Origin: the human T2T-CHM13v2.0 reference genome, Homo sapiens
Length of the DNA: 64,000 nt
Strand: one strand, 5' to 3'
Assembly: GCF_009914755.1 (NCBI RefSeq)
Contig: NC_060934.1
The position numbers were made by a program, and so were the translations under genes. Each line of letters starts with the position of its first letter. The first letter of the stretch is position 1. Of this stretch, positions 42,191 to 55,804 are shown piece after piece. Below the pieces are notes generated by a model. The model made no database searches, was not told the DNA's origin, and was given only the letters and a program-made list of their open reading frames with translations.

Positions 42191-42440
42191 AGTAAGTTAA
42201 TTTTTTAAAAGGAGACATAGATCTCCAGATCTATTTTGGATAAGTTCCAAAATGTAGTTAGCAGACCATTAGGAAGCCTGGAAAAGTGTATTAAAAGATG
42301 GCTCAGTTTCCGAAAGACTGCCATTTTCCTCCAGAATCCTACAGATGCTAATTTTTCATTGGTGACAACCCAGGCATGGTCAGGCATCCACTACTCCTGT
42401 GCCAGGACCCAGGCAAGGCAGCAGAATCCCCAAATGATAT

Positions 42441-42731
<291 letters not shown>

Positions 42732-43447
42732 GCACATTGCACTTGTAGAGTCTCCTTCCCCACATTGCACTTGTAGAGTCTTCCTCCCCAGGACTGCGTG
42801 GCCCTCGTTTTTTGTAGCGTGCTGCTAGCCCTACACCACCGCACCAGTCAAGGCTTACAGCATCTGGACTTTACCTCTGAAGATCAGACAAAGAGAATGC
42901 TGACTAGGGAAAACCAGTCTGGTTTTATTCTTAGCCTATGATAGCTATGGACATGATGAAGATACTGAAAACGACACTCAAAAACCCAGCTCAAAATCCA
43001 TCATTAGACATATTCCCTGAACTCATCTAATCATTTGAGTCCCAGACTAGTCCCTTCCTACAGTGCATATTCTGACTGGAATTCTGGGGTATTTATGGAA
43101 GACACGATCACAAAGTTAGTTAGGATTGTAAAAGAGTGTGATGTTTAAAGAACTATACTATAGGAAAGAAAGAGTCTCTGCCAGCCTTTGGAAAAAAAAA
43201 GTTCCCTAAGACGTCAAGCCACAGTCTCTCTTTCCCACACTCATGTGCAGTATAGGATCCCTTCCTGGGTTCACTAAGGCCACAGTAGAGAAAGGGGTCT
43301 CATGCTATCTAAGACAGGGAGATGAGAACTCAGTCTCCACAGGAGAGGAGAAGAAGGGGCACTGTGTGATGAAGAGTGAATTTCAAAATGGGTACCCGAA
43401 CTATGTGCTGAGCAACATAACATTTGTTTTATCACATGTTAAGGATC

Positions 43448-43744
<297 letters not shown>

Positions 43745-44464
43745 TTAAGGATCAATTGTTTGGTTGGAATTTAATTTTTCTTTTTCAACTATTTATAATA
43801 ACCTGTAGTGTTGTCTTATCATGCTGAGGCTGATTTGAATAACTACAGATTTAACAAAAAGTTCTTATAAAATTCCTGATTTATTAACTCTTTTTCCTAA
43901 ATTGGGCAACTTCCAAAAGTTACTAATGAAGTCAAACTTTTGTCTCTGTCCTCCTGTAGCTTATTAGGGAACATTGGAAGAGAATGGGCAGAGATTTCGT
44001 CAGCTGAAATACTAAGACTCTGCCATCAACACTAGGAGAGACGCACAAGGACAAGTTGACCTTAATCTACATCCCACGGGTGTTGTGTTAACATTTTTAG
44101 TGCCCTAATCAAGAACCCTCCCGAAGTGGTTACTCAGCAATCTAAGAATCATGCAAATCCACACCACAGGCTTTGTTAAAAAGCACAAAGGATGTCAGAA
44201 ATATTTTTTCACTGGTAAAATGAATCCTGCTCAGCATAATGTTCAGTGAAAAAGATTTTATGAGCCCCTGGCATTCCTGAAGCCTGACCTTCAGTGTCAA
44301 CAAGAAGCCCCCTGCTCCCACGGGCCTCATCTTTCCAGAGGTCTCTGTCACCTGAACCTGCATGTGCAGTGGGCGGGTCCTGCCAGCGAAACCCTCCTGT
44401 GTCACACGCTAGGATGGAAGACCCGACAGCGCAGAACAGAGCTACCAAAGTAGGTTAGCTGATT

Positions 44465-45335
44465 GTTTTTCTTTTTTTAAAATAGACTTTAATTTTTTTA
44501 ATATATTTTACTTTAAGTTCTGGGATACATGTGCAGAATGTGCAGGTTTGTTACATAGGTATACATGTGCCATGGTGGTTTGCTGCACCTATCAACCTAT
44601 CATCTAGGTTTTAAGCCCCACATGCATTAGGTATTTGTCTTAATGCTCTCCCTCCCCCAGCTCCCCACCCTGCGACAGGCTCCGGTGTGTGACGATGTTC
44701 CCCTCCCTGTGTCCATGTGTTCTCATTGTTCAACTCCCACTTATGAGTGAGAACATGCGGCGTTTGGTTTTCTGCTCCTGGGTTAGTTTGCTGAGAATGA
44801 TGGCTTCAGCAGTTTTATGTTCAGTAAAATTGAGCAAAAGGTACAGATTTCTCATAAACTCTCTGCCCCCATACACCTATGGCGTCCTTCATTATCAATT
44901 TAGAAACATCCCCCACCACACTGATGCATTTGCTGCAAACAATGAAGCTTCACAGGCACATCATTACCAACCAGAGTCCACAGTTCACACTAGGGCTCCC
45001 TCTTGGTGCTGTCCTCCTGGTGTTCTATGGGTGTGTACAAACATATAATGACATGGATTTACTGTTACAGTATCCTACAGAGTAGTTTCACCTCCTCAAA
45101 ATGCTGTGCCCCACTTATTCATCATCCCCTTCCCGTAACCCCTGGCAGCTACTGATCTTTTCACTGTCTTAGTAGTTTTACCTTTTCCAGAATGTCATAG
45201 AGTCAGAATCCTGCAGGATGCAGCCTTTTCAGATTGGCTTCTTTCACTCAGTAACATGCATTTAAGGTTCCTCCTTGTCTTTCATGGCTTGATAGGTCAT
45301 TTCTTTTCAATGCTGAATAATATTCCACTGTCTAG
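44465..45335 (-). mobile_element. L1MB8/MC-like 3' end hosting an L1PA
   Basis: aatagacttt..agcagttttatgttcagtaaaattgagc..gccttttcagattggcttctttcac. Confidence 0.8.
44492..44807 (-). mobile_element. L1PA7/8-like 3' end nested in the older L1 tail
   Basis: ctttaagttctgggatacatgtgcag..gctgagaatgatggcttc. Confidence 0.93.
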
Positions 45336-47289
45336 TATATTTAAGACCATTGATGTTTAACGCGATTATTGATATAGCTGGATTCGTATCTACCATGTTT
45401 GTTACTTTTTCTATGTGTTGGTTTGTTCTCTGTTCCTATGTCTTCTTCCACTTTGTTATTACCTTTTGTGGTATTTTTTGTATGACTATTTTTGTGCCTA
45501 CATATGAAAATATGTGTGTCAGAATTGTATGTACAAGTTTATTGTAACAAAAACAAAGAAAGCAAATATATTTATATACATAGATATATTTTGGTATTTT
45601 GACTGTAAACACACACATACACACGCATACACACACACCCCACCCATATATATATACTCTCTCTTCTCCCTCTAAATGCCATAACTGACCAAAATAATCT
45701 ATTAGTGACAGCCAAATTGTTTAGGTCAGTTTGTGGAATGAGGATGTAACCTTTAGTGGCTTATTTATAAGGTATACCCTGACACTCTCAATTCCTTTTG
45801 CCCCATTCACAAAATCATAGATATGATATAGTCTCTCAGGCAGAGTAAACGCAAGGGGAAGGGCATCAAGCACCTTGTGAGGGAGGAAATACTAATTTCG
45901 TTTTGCAGGTAAGGAAAGTGAAGTTATGTTAGGGAACAGGCAGGAGGCCACCAACTACTCGAGCAGAGGAAACCGGGACTAAAACGCCGGCATGGCGACC
46001 CCGTCATCTCTGTGTCTGCAGAGGTGGAGCCCTTGCTCCCACCTGCCTTGCATCACAAGATCAAGGTGACCAGAAGAAGCTTCTCTCTGGACCTTTGATG
46101 CATTTGAAGTGCTGGAATAGAAGACAAAGGGTAAGGATAATATATTTGTTAGTAATTTCATCAGAGGTGGCAAGAGATAGTGAAAGCCTTAACCCTAAAC
46201 AGGAGGCAGAGAGCAGTGTTGGCCATTTCCAAGGGCATGACATGTATGAGACAGGCATGTTTGAGTTGGGGGAAAATCTGTGCTTTATCTTGTCCCCTAT
46301 TTCATGAGAGGGTCTCATGGACATTTCAACATAAGAGGCAATTATATGGTAAGAGTAATTTCCCTAAGCAGGTGGATGTATTCTGCTTATTGAAATCAGG
46401 GGTTGTAAAAAGTGTTGAACGCAGCTGAGAAGGGATAACCCTCCTGGATATGGGAAGAGCTGTGTATATTTTGCAGAGTGGATAAACTGTTAGTGGTTCA
46501 ATGATTTCTGAAAGCGATTTGCAAAACTGCTGTGGGGAACAGATAGGTAAATGTTGACTGATTCATTGAAGGATGCTGGCTCCAGCTAAAGCCAATGACT
46601 GGAAAGGTATACTTTGGAGTTCTATTTCTTGATCCACACCAAATTTTCTGCTCCTGAGGCAAGCTATTTCAATCCACCATGCCCCGGCTTCCTCCTCAGA
46701 TGGATTTCACCTCATTTGTTAGTAAGGCTTAAGCTGGCTGAAACACAGCCTACATAAGAACAAGGTGATATTGGCAAGTGGGTGGGAAAAAAATTGGATA
46801 AAGAGGTCAAATGAACAATGGTAATAAAGGCTGAATGTGTTTAGCCTGAAATGCTATGAGTTGCAGATTTATAGCCATCATTGCTCCCTGAAATCCACAA
46901 GAACATTGACAGGAATAAAAGTCTGAGTGTCTTTGTGGGGAGGATTTCCTCTAGGATCTAGGTCTTATTCACCCTATGATCCATGAATAAACTATTTAAT
47001 AGCCCAGTGCTCTCCTTTTATTTTATTAAGAGATGACCATAAAGGTCAAACTTTAGTATCCTAGTCAGCAGAATCAAATTTCTTCTCACTAAGACACTAT
47101 GTCGTTATCTATGGTGTGATTCAGATTTTAGTGTATTCAAATTGTATTCAGTTTCTCAAAAGAGCTCCCAAATTGTCCAAGAAAGACATAATTCAAAGAG
47201 ACTGAAGTCCCTGGACTACAGGATCTGATAAACTTAACTTGAAATGAAAACAGTAATGAAAAATTTATATTTAGAAATGTATTTCAGGA

Positions 47290-47955
<666 letters not shown>

Positions 47956-49177
47956 CGTGTGTGTGTGTATTAAAGTAGACTTCCTAACACTACATATACA
48001 GCAAAGATTAGCAGCTGTATCAAGAAAAAGCACATAATATGGGTAAGTTTGCAAAAAAAAAAAAAAAAAAGGTATACTTTTCCAAACTTTTAATTAGTCC
48101 TTATCCAGGGAAAATGTGAAACAAACGTTCACAATGAAGTCTTTGACTAGAACCTGTGTAATCTCCGAGATATATCCATCCCTTCTTAGCATGGGAACGA
48201 AGAACAGGAAAGACAGGACAGAAAAGATGGAGAAATTGCTACTGCCTCACATATGCTATCACCATGTATGGGGTTTTTGTTGTTGTTGTTGTTGGTTTGA
48301 TTATTTTATTTCAAATAGCAGGACTTCATCAAATATAAAAACAAAGTCAGCTATATATATTGAATATATATTGGCTACAGTGAATACTGAAGGGTTAAAT
48401 TTGTTGAGAGTGTTTTCTGGATGTGTGGCCATTGGCTATGCTGTGTGTTGGCTTTATCGTCTGATCTGGTATTGTTCTTGTGGACACTGTCAGAGATGGC
48501 ATGTTTTTGCTCCTTGGAATCAGGGGTTTCTAGAAGCTGAACATGTATGAGTTTCCAAGGACATTAATTCCTTAATGCCACTAACTTTATAAAGCATGTT
48601 AAAATAATACATCTTCCTAATAAAAAAAATAGCCCCTAGAATAATTAATGAAGAGAAAAGAGGAAGCAAAAGGATGGTTTGGTATATTCAGATGGAGGAG
48701 AAATGAAAAACATAAAGGAGGTCAGGAAAAAGGAGAAGAAAAGAGGAAAACAGTTTAAAGTGAGGATAGAGATGTAGGATCGCAGGCCAGAAAAGAATCA
48801 GAAATAGGGATGTGGACAGGGCAATGTGGTTTTTAAGCCCTCCTGCTGGTTTACCTACTGAAATGCAGAATGGTTTAGCTAGACAGTGACGTGGTCGAGA
48901 ACCTTACAACAGGCTGTTAAAGAGGGTTGTGGACCCCGAAGAACACAGACCAGGACATGACTTTACCATATTGGATCAATGAACGGTCACCATCAACCAG
49001 TCTAAGAAGAAGAAGAAGATGATGACCCAGCCAAATCCTCTTACACAGTCCGTAGACACATAAAAGTGCAAAACATCTGTCCTCAGTTGTGCATTTTTGT
49101 TAGGAGATGGGTAAATATTTAGTCATTCTCTACTTAGTGAATCCTGGCAGAGTACTGATTGCATTGAAAGCATCTTA

Positions 49178-49238
49178 TCAATTTATGCCTAGTGTTCCAT
49201 TATTGGAATGCTAAGCATGTGGGAGTTATCCTCCTGTT
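49178..49238 (+). mobile_element. MER85 (piggyBac MITE), half carrying the internal palindrome
   Basis: atttatgcctagtgttccattattggaatgctaagcatgtgggagttat. Confidence 0.88.
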
Positions 49239-49583
49239 GGTCCCTCTCTAACTGTGGCTCTTACTGATGGGAAGGCAGCACTTGGAAATGGGAAGGACAA
49301 GTGTGCAATACTTCAATTCCTGCTGTATCAGATGCAGAAGCAACAAAAACAGGACCCCAAAATGCCCCAAGTGCCCTCCCACCCTTCTGCACTGAGCACT
49401 CCCTTAACTTCATCAGCTGAACTTGGGCCTCCATAGGACCTGATGGGGTGGAGATGGGAGAGTCTGTATCCAACAGACCCAGACAAGCTTGAGTCTCTCC
49501 TTCCTGTTCTCCAGCATATTCAGATGGGTGAGTATGTGCTTCAGTCCCCCTTGGGGACCCAGAGACTTGGGCTCCATCCTTAA

Positions 49584-49645
49584 TCTTTTATGCCTGAGGT
49601 TGCAGTTTTTTGAATTTGAATAATCAGACCTGAACAATGACCTTG
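49584..49645 (-). mobile_element. MER85 other half, opposite orientation, TTAA at 49580-49583
   Basis: tttatgcctgaggttgcagttttttgaatt..aatcagacct..atgaccttg. Confidence 0.85.
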
Positions 49646-50163
49646 GTCATGCTGTCAAAACTGCATGCTGCAGTCTACCTCCCCAAAACACAGTGACTTC
49701 TATCATAGGAGTTATTACAGGAGACCTTGAAGCATTGCAAGAAACTCCGTGTGGCCCTTGGATGATGGTGGAGCTCTCTCAGACATGAGGATTCCTTGGT
49801 AACCCAGGGAAGCTTCCCGGAGAGACTTGGCAGTTATACGCATCCTGAGAGCCGTTATCCTGACCATAGAAGTCAGCCAATCAGAACAGGTGCTAAGAAA
49901 TGTCCCATCTTTGGCTGAAGTGATCAGTGACACCAACTCAACCCAAGTCAGTACTCAGGTCAGCCTCAACTCACTGGGCAATGTTATTACAGATGACCAG
50001 GACTGCCCTGGATGTCCTCTTTGTGGGCCAAGGCAGAATCTGTGCAGTCACTAATACATCCTGCTCTTCTTGGATGAATGCCTCAGACCATGTGGAAACG
50101 TCCACACAGAAACGTAACGAGAGAGCCACAGGGCAATCTGTGGTGGAACCTTATGGCTTGTGA

Positions 50164-50330
50164 CAGGGTTAGCAAATGTTCCCTGAGAAGAGTCAGCCAG
50201 TAATTATTTGGGGCTTTGCATAAGGGCCCGATGCAACCTCTGCCTTTACAGTGCAAGAACAGTAGAAAACACATACGCGAAGGAGAGGCGTGAACAATGG
50301 TCGGCCGCCTCCCAGTTCATGCAGTTTGCT
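50164..50330 (+). mobile_element. MER58A-like hAT MITE inserted in env
   Basis: cagggttagcaaa..cagtaattatttggggctttgc..cagtttgc. Confidence 0.7.
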
Positions 50331-50476
50331 CAGTTAGCTGCATCCCGGACTTGGGGTGGGGTGTCATAGCTTAGGTCACCACAGCAGGTTGCCCTCATGC
50401 TGTTGTTAGCAGCCTAAACTGCATGCTAGAGGGGGAATAATTGACCAGATTAATCATAGTGGCCAGTGGAGTGGTA

Positions 50477-50987
50477 TGCTCATGGGAAAATTCATCATTG
50501 TTTTGGAAGATAATTTTTCATGGGCTTCTGGATTTGGGTACACCTTGTGAGCAGAGGCACTGGCCACCCTGTGTCTCAGCCCATCTTTCCAAGGATATTT
50601 GAATAGCAACCACTATGAAACGTCCTTTTATGAAGGAGACTCCCTCCATGTCTTTTTCTAGAGCAGGTGAATGATACACTTTCCACCCATTATTAAAGCT
50701 CTGGGTTCTCTAAGTTCAGAGCTCCGTTCCTGCATCACCACCCCATGCCTGCATGCTTCCCTGCCTCCATCTGGGAAAACTTGCATCCTTACCTGTGGGA
50801 CTTAGGGGACAACTGGCACTAACTCAAAACACAAGATGCTCCAGCTGGCTACTACACCACAAGTGGTAAAGTCTTTCGTCTCTTACCCAGGAGTGTCATG
50901 TCTTTTGACAGCATCCATAAAACTGTGGCTGCATAGCTTGTTGGTTGCAAGTAGGATAAAACCTTAGACCTTTCACAGCCCTTGACA
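50477..50987 (+). mobile_element. ERVL-class 3' LTR (LTR53/MER70/MER54 group; exact name uncertain)
   Basis: cttgtgagcagaggcactg..ttgcaagtaggataaaaccttagacctttcacagcccttgaca; purine-rich tract just upstream. Confidence 0.75.
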
Positions 50988-52019
50988 TTCCCAGTAGGGA
51001 GCTATGCAGTTCCTGTGTCTTCAGAGCAGCTTCATGGCTGAATGTGAATGACCTTAAATCAGCAGTGGGCTTTGAAATCTTCAGACGAACATCTTCATAA
51101 AAATGCAAAATGATATTATGAATTTAGGGGCTATGTATACAGCCTTCATTTTAAACTCAGTATCTTCATGCACTAAATGAAAAATCACTCTAATCAGTCA
51201 AAAGGCACTTTGGGGAGTACTCAAAATATGGGAGTAATATTCAAATCATAATTTTGCTTTATTATGATTTGTGAGCAAATCCAATAGTCATATAGATATT
51301 AATATTCCATGGGAGGAAGAGAGAGAGAGAAAATATATATATTCTGAATGAAGGAAGTTGATAGCAGGGCAGGAGCAGGCCATTAACTCCAGTCACTGTG
51401 GAGATTTTCTTTCCTTCCAATAACCTCAAATGCAGTTATTCTGCCATTTAATATCATTATTTTTATTCTGAGTGGACCATTCATCTTATAAATCGATTAG
51501 TTTGACTAATCATTAATTTTCCTGGTATTTGATTTTGTTCAAGTTACTCAGAAGCTCTTTGGCCCATCTCTCTTTCCAATCTTTCTATTCTTTCCCCCTT
51601 CTTTCCATTCATCATTTTCTCAATAACTTCCCTGGGAACTGCAAAGCAAATTATTTGGTAGCATACTTCATTAGGAGGGAGATTTGCATGAAAAGAGAAC
51701 ATTTTATTTAAGATTTGAAATTCGTGACTGTTCTTAAAGTCTTTTTGCTGTTTGATCACAATTAGAAAGCTAATGTCAGCTCCTTGATGAGAATGAGATG
51801 AATTTAACACAAAAATTCTCTGCAGCTGTGGACTGCAGGATGCAGCGCAGGCTCCTGCAACCTCTTGTGTCTAGTGGGTCCTGCTCAGAAGCTTCTTCAT
51901 GTAAACAAATAACCCAAGAAAAACGATGGAGTTTTCTATGCAAATGCAGGGTCATAACAATTTCCTGAGATTCTCCATTCATAAATTTACCCCTGTGAGT
52001 CTCTCCTTTTTAGAAACTC

Positions 52020-52638
52020 TGTAACTACCACTGGAGCTGCCATACACTGAGAGGGCAACTACGCAAAAGGCTGACAACTAGACCATATGTGAAAATAATA
52101 CTCTGGGCCGGATGCAGTGGCTCACCCCTATAATCCCAAAACTGTGGGACATTGAGGCAGTAGGATCACTTAAGCCCAGGAGTTCCAGACTGCAGTGAGC
52201 TATGATCATTCACTGCACTCCAGGGTGGGTGAGAGAGACACCCTGTCTCTAAAAAAAGAAAACAGTACTCTCATCCAGAAACTCCACTTTTGAGCAATCT
52301 GCCCAAAATGACCACCCCTTGATTAATAACTGACAGCTTCTCTAAATTTTGCCCTCACTCCCAACTAAGTAACAAACAGAGAAAACCAAATATGCTCTCC
52401 TAGCCAATCCCATAGGATGCTCCAATTCTAGGTAGCCTGCCTCCAGCTCCCCAAGCCAACAGCCTCTAGTCAGGGCACACTGAGCCTTCCCTTTTTTCCA
52501 CTATAAAGCTTCACAGCCCCTTACCTGCCTTTCAGTCTCTGCCAAACACAAATGACAGTGCTGACTCCTCTGATCCAGATGAGCTCAGAATACATAGCCT
52601 TTGCCTTTCTTAGTTGGCTGGTCTTCATTTATTTCACA
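52020..52638 (+). mobile_element. ERV1 LTR (MER90/MER110-like)
   Basis: ttccactataaagctt TATA region..ggtcttcatttatttcaca end. Confidence 0.7.
52106..52262 (+). mobile_element. Alu monomer (FAM/FRAM-like, or arm-recombined AluJ)
   Basis: Left-arm start fused to right-arm end; TSD aaa(t/c)a(a/g)tactct. Confidence 0.85.
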
Positions 52639-53048
52639 TAACAGGAAGAGTCTATGAGTTACTAGTGGTTCTATAATAAAACCTCTTGATAACTAAGGTC
52701 TGAATCATTGCATTGCTTACAATGTGGGTTACTGCAAATTAATAAAAGACCGCATTGTTTCCCACTAGTTTGTATGTTTACATTGCCATAAAAAACACAA
52801 AAGTAAGGATAATGAAAATCATACTGGAACCAACAAAGTAAAAACTGACTGAGAATTTCATACCTCTACCCTACAGCCGACTCCCTCTTCTGGATATGAA
52901 TGTCTCTCTCCTTTTGAGAATGGCTTTTTGTGGAGGTGGGCGTCAGGTGGCGACCACGTTGTATCTGAATCCTCGTTATTGTGCAGTCATCACAAGGCTT
53001 GCTCTCTTTGTGTTTGTAGTCTTTAATTAGTAAGCTTTATAGCTGTGC

Positions 53049-53392
53049 AAATTCGCAATCTTTATCCACCATTCTGAAATCCAAAATGCAGTAAAAACAA
53101 ATAGGAAAAAAAAGAAAAAAAGATTGTCCGTAATGTGTTTAGCCACAGTAACTGACCTGAGCTAATGACAACCTATTTAGAGTCCCTGATTGTCACCGCC
53201 CTCAATTTCATACCAGTGGCCACAGAATCCATAATGAGCTTAATTACATGGAGCTGCCCCATACCTTGCTGGGGGGATTATATAATATACTGTTTTGTAA
53301 TGTATTACCATTATAAAATCCAAAAGAAATGTAAAAAATCTGAATTTTGAAACACATAACACCCGGGATGTTTTGGATAAGGTTTAAGGAAC
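53049..53392 (-). mobile_element. MER46C-like Tigger element
   Basis: caatctttatcc..ggataagg TIRs; gctgccccatacc..tctgaattttgaaacacat. Confidence 0.75.
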
Positions 53393-55489
53393 ATAACCCA
53401 TTGACTGACTGAGCCCTGCAGTCCTTATTAACACAAGCATTATCTTGAGAGAACACACTCAGAATGGAAGGACAACCTAGATCTCGTTCAGCCCAGTTCC
53501 TCCCATTTCACATGGAGAAACTGAGGCCTAAGATGGCTCACCCACCAGGTTTCACACATTCTTATATGTCACAATCTGTAGATTTGAAAATCTGTCAACT
53601 CTTCAGCAAGGGTAGGTAGTTACTAAGACAACAAAGTGATAATTAGTAAGTCATCATTAGTAGGCAACATTTTGAAATAATTATTACTAGGTTTAACAGA
53701 TTTTAAATGTTTTCCTGGTTCATGCTATGAAAGTCATTAATGTTTTTTTTTTTACATGTTCAAGCTTCTAATCATTAAAAAAATAAAAGCTAGTTTAAAC
53801 ATTGGACAAAAGAAAACACGAGCTATGCAAAATGGGTTAAATATCATTAGAAAGATAAATTTGGGGGGCATAAATTCCACCTTTTAAATAATAAAGGATT
53901 GTTTTCAAGAGAAGATTTTTGCCAGCGTTTTGTCCAAGACATTTTCTAATGAGGTAAACATCAGGGAAGTCATGTCCTCTAATTGTTAATTTCCAGTTCA
54001 AGTAGGCATTCCAAATAAAATTTATTTTACAAATTTTCTCATAATGTGGTCAAATATGCTTTACAGTTATTTATGCAGAGACCTCAAAATACAATCAGAG
54101 AGGTTTTGCTGCTTCCTTTACTTGGAGTGAGATGATAAAATCACCAAATGCTAAATGTCAGAAGGCTCCCAGGGAACATCTGATGTGGTCATTTGCTTTG
54201 ATGAGTAAACCAAGGCCTGGACACTTAGCTTTTGTTAAAGGTCCTTCTACTTAAGAGTAGCATATGCTGAAAACTGGGAGACCATTTTTTTGTCTTCTAA
54301 TGGTAATAACAATAATAATAACCAGTTATTTCAGCCAGGCAATCGGCAAAATGTTTTATCTGAATTTATGCATTTCATCTTACTTCTAAAGCAATATCGC
54401 CACAGATTGCCTTTTGTCAAAATGAAACTCAGTTAAATGGTTGCATTGATCTTAGCAATTTGATTTCCACATACTTTCAAAAGAAAACCATATTTTATTT
54501 AATAAAATAATATTTTTTAATTCCATAAAATAATTTTTTTTTCTAATCAGACATTGGATTGTAATTTTGCTTACCTTGTATTCTCTGATTATGATATATT
54601 AAAAGTTATTCCACTGTTAAACTACCATCATCTTTTCATTAGCTAATAGAAAGCATTACCCATTAATAAAACAAATATGGATAGACCTGGTAGGACATTT
54701 TGGTTTTCAGAAATTTATCTTTTCTTACCTGTGCAACAAAAGCTTCTAATTTCTTTTGTTTTCAGCATAAATGATCATGCATGGTTCTTCAGACTGGGTT
54801 CAAGCCATTTAGCAACATCATCAAGAAGAAATAATGTTAATTACCAAAAATGAATAAATTTTTGAGAGTCCACGGCTGCATAATAATTCTCTGTAGCTTT
54901 CAATTATCAGGTGAGGTGATTATTTTTGATGAATCAAGCATTTTTATGAACTGAAGCTTTCAGCACTCTTCTTTGACTACAGTGCAGTACTGCAGGCTAT
55001 TGTCAACACCTATTTTTTGAAAAGTAGCATACATTCCCGTTGGCATTCTGGCAACAGAATAGAAGCTTGGGCTCCTTAAATCATCCCCATTAATATGCTA
55101 TTGTTGACTGTATAAGAAATATTTTCCTAGTACAAAGCAAATGTGTAAAAAAAAATCTCTCTCTCTCTCTCTCTTTCTCCCCCTGCCCCCACCTTCTCTC
55201 TCTCTCTCAGAAATAGCCAGAAGCTAGACAGGAAGCATTTGGCAAAATGACACGTTAGTTTGCAGCTGGAAACAGAGAGGACAGGAGAGCATGTTCTCCC
55301 AGAAAATGCCTCTTTTCTAAAACTATGAATGTTCTTACAATAGAAGAGTCTCCACAGATAAACATCTGCTGAAAAATCTTAACTTGGATGATCAAATGCC
55401 ATCCGCCACCCCATCAAATTTTGATTATTGGGCTAGAAATCATATTTGCTGAGGGATAATGTTGCTGAATCAATGAGCGATGGGTTCTG

Positions 55490-55632
55490 TCATATGACCA
55501 AGACTCATCACGACCCTCCTTAGCTGGTGGTTGAAGTTTAAACTTAAGAACTCGAGTTTCCTCAGCTGTTAAACAGAAGGCTTGGACCAGAGAGTTCTAA
55601 AGTCTCTTTTAGTTCAAAAAGTCAGATATTAT
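55490..55632 (+). mobile_element. MIR3-like fragment
   Basis: agtttcctcagctgttaaacagaaggcttggaccag..tctaaagtc. Confidence 0.55.
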
Positions 55633-55790
55633 GTATAATTATTAAAAAATTATTACAGATTCTATGGTTATCGTTTTAAATGCTATTATCATTAAAGTCA
55701 TAATTTTTTAGGAGTATTCAGAATTAATTAGCAAAGAAAGATGCCATTCTTGGTTATTTTCTGATAATGCTGAGGATTAAATAGGTTGTT

Positions 55791-55804
55791 GCACCATCTG
55801 CTGG
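55791..55804 (-). promoter_or_regulatory. Candidate CTCF motif
   Basis: Minus strand CCAGCAGATGGTGC, 13/14 to CCASYAGRKGGCRS. Confidence 0.4.

Larger units (their letters stand above)
48830..50476 (+). pseudogene. Decayed endogenous retroviral env (gamma-type TM clear at ~49827-50163; 5' boundary uncertain)
   Basis: Joining two frames across a +1 shift near 49998 gives ..SLNSLGNVITDD-RTALDVLFVGQGRICAVTNTSCSSWMNASDHVETSTQK..: heptad repeat, immunosuppressive domain, degenerate CX6CC; followed by a 3' LTR. Confidence 0.85.

Noticed and set aside
45892-45914. ctaat..ttttgcAG|GTAAGG, resembling a recursive splice site
   Set aside because: Lies in a decayed MIR core, the branch point is very close to the AG, and no host intron is evident.
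48116-48550. 144-aa Cys-rich ORF
   Set aside because: The Cys run comes from a (TGT)n tract; no recognisable homology.
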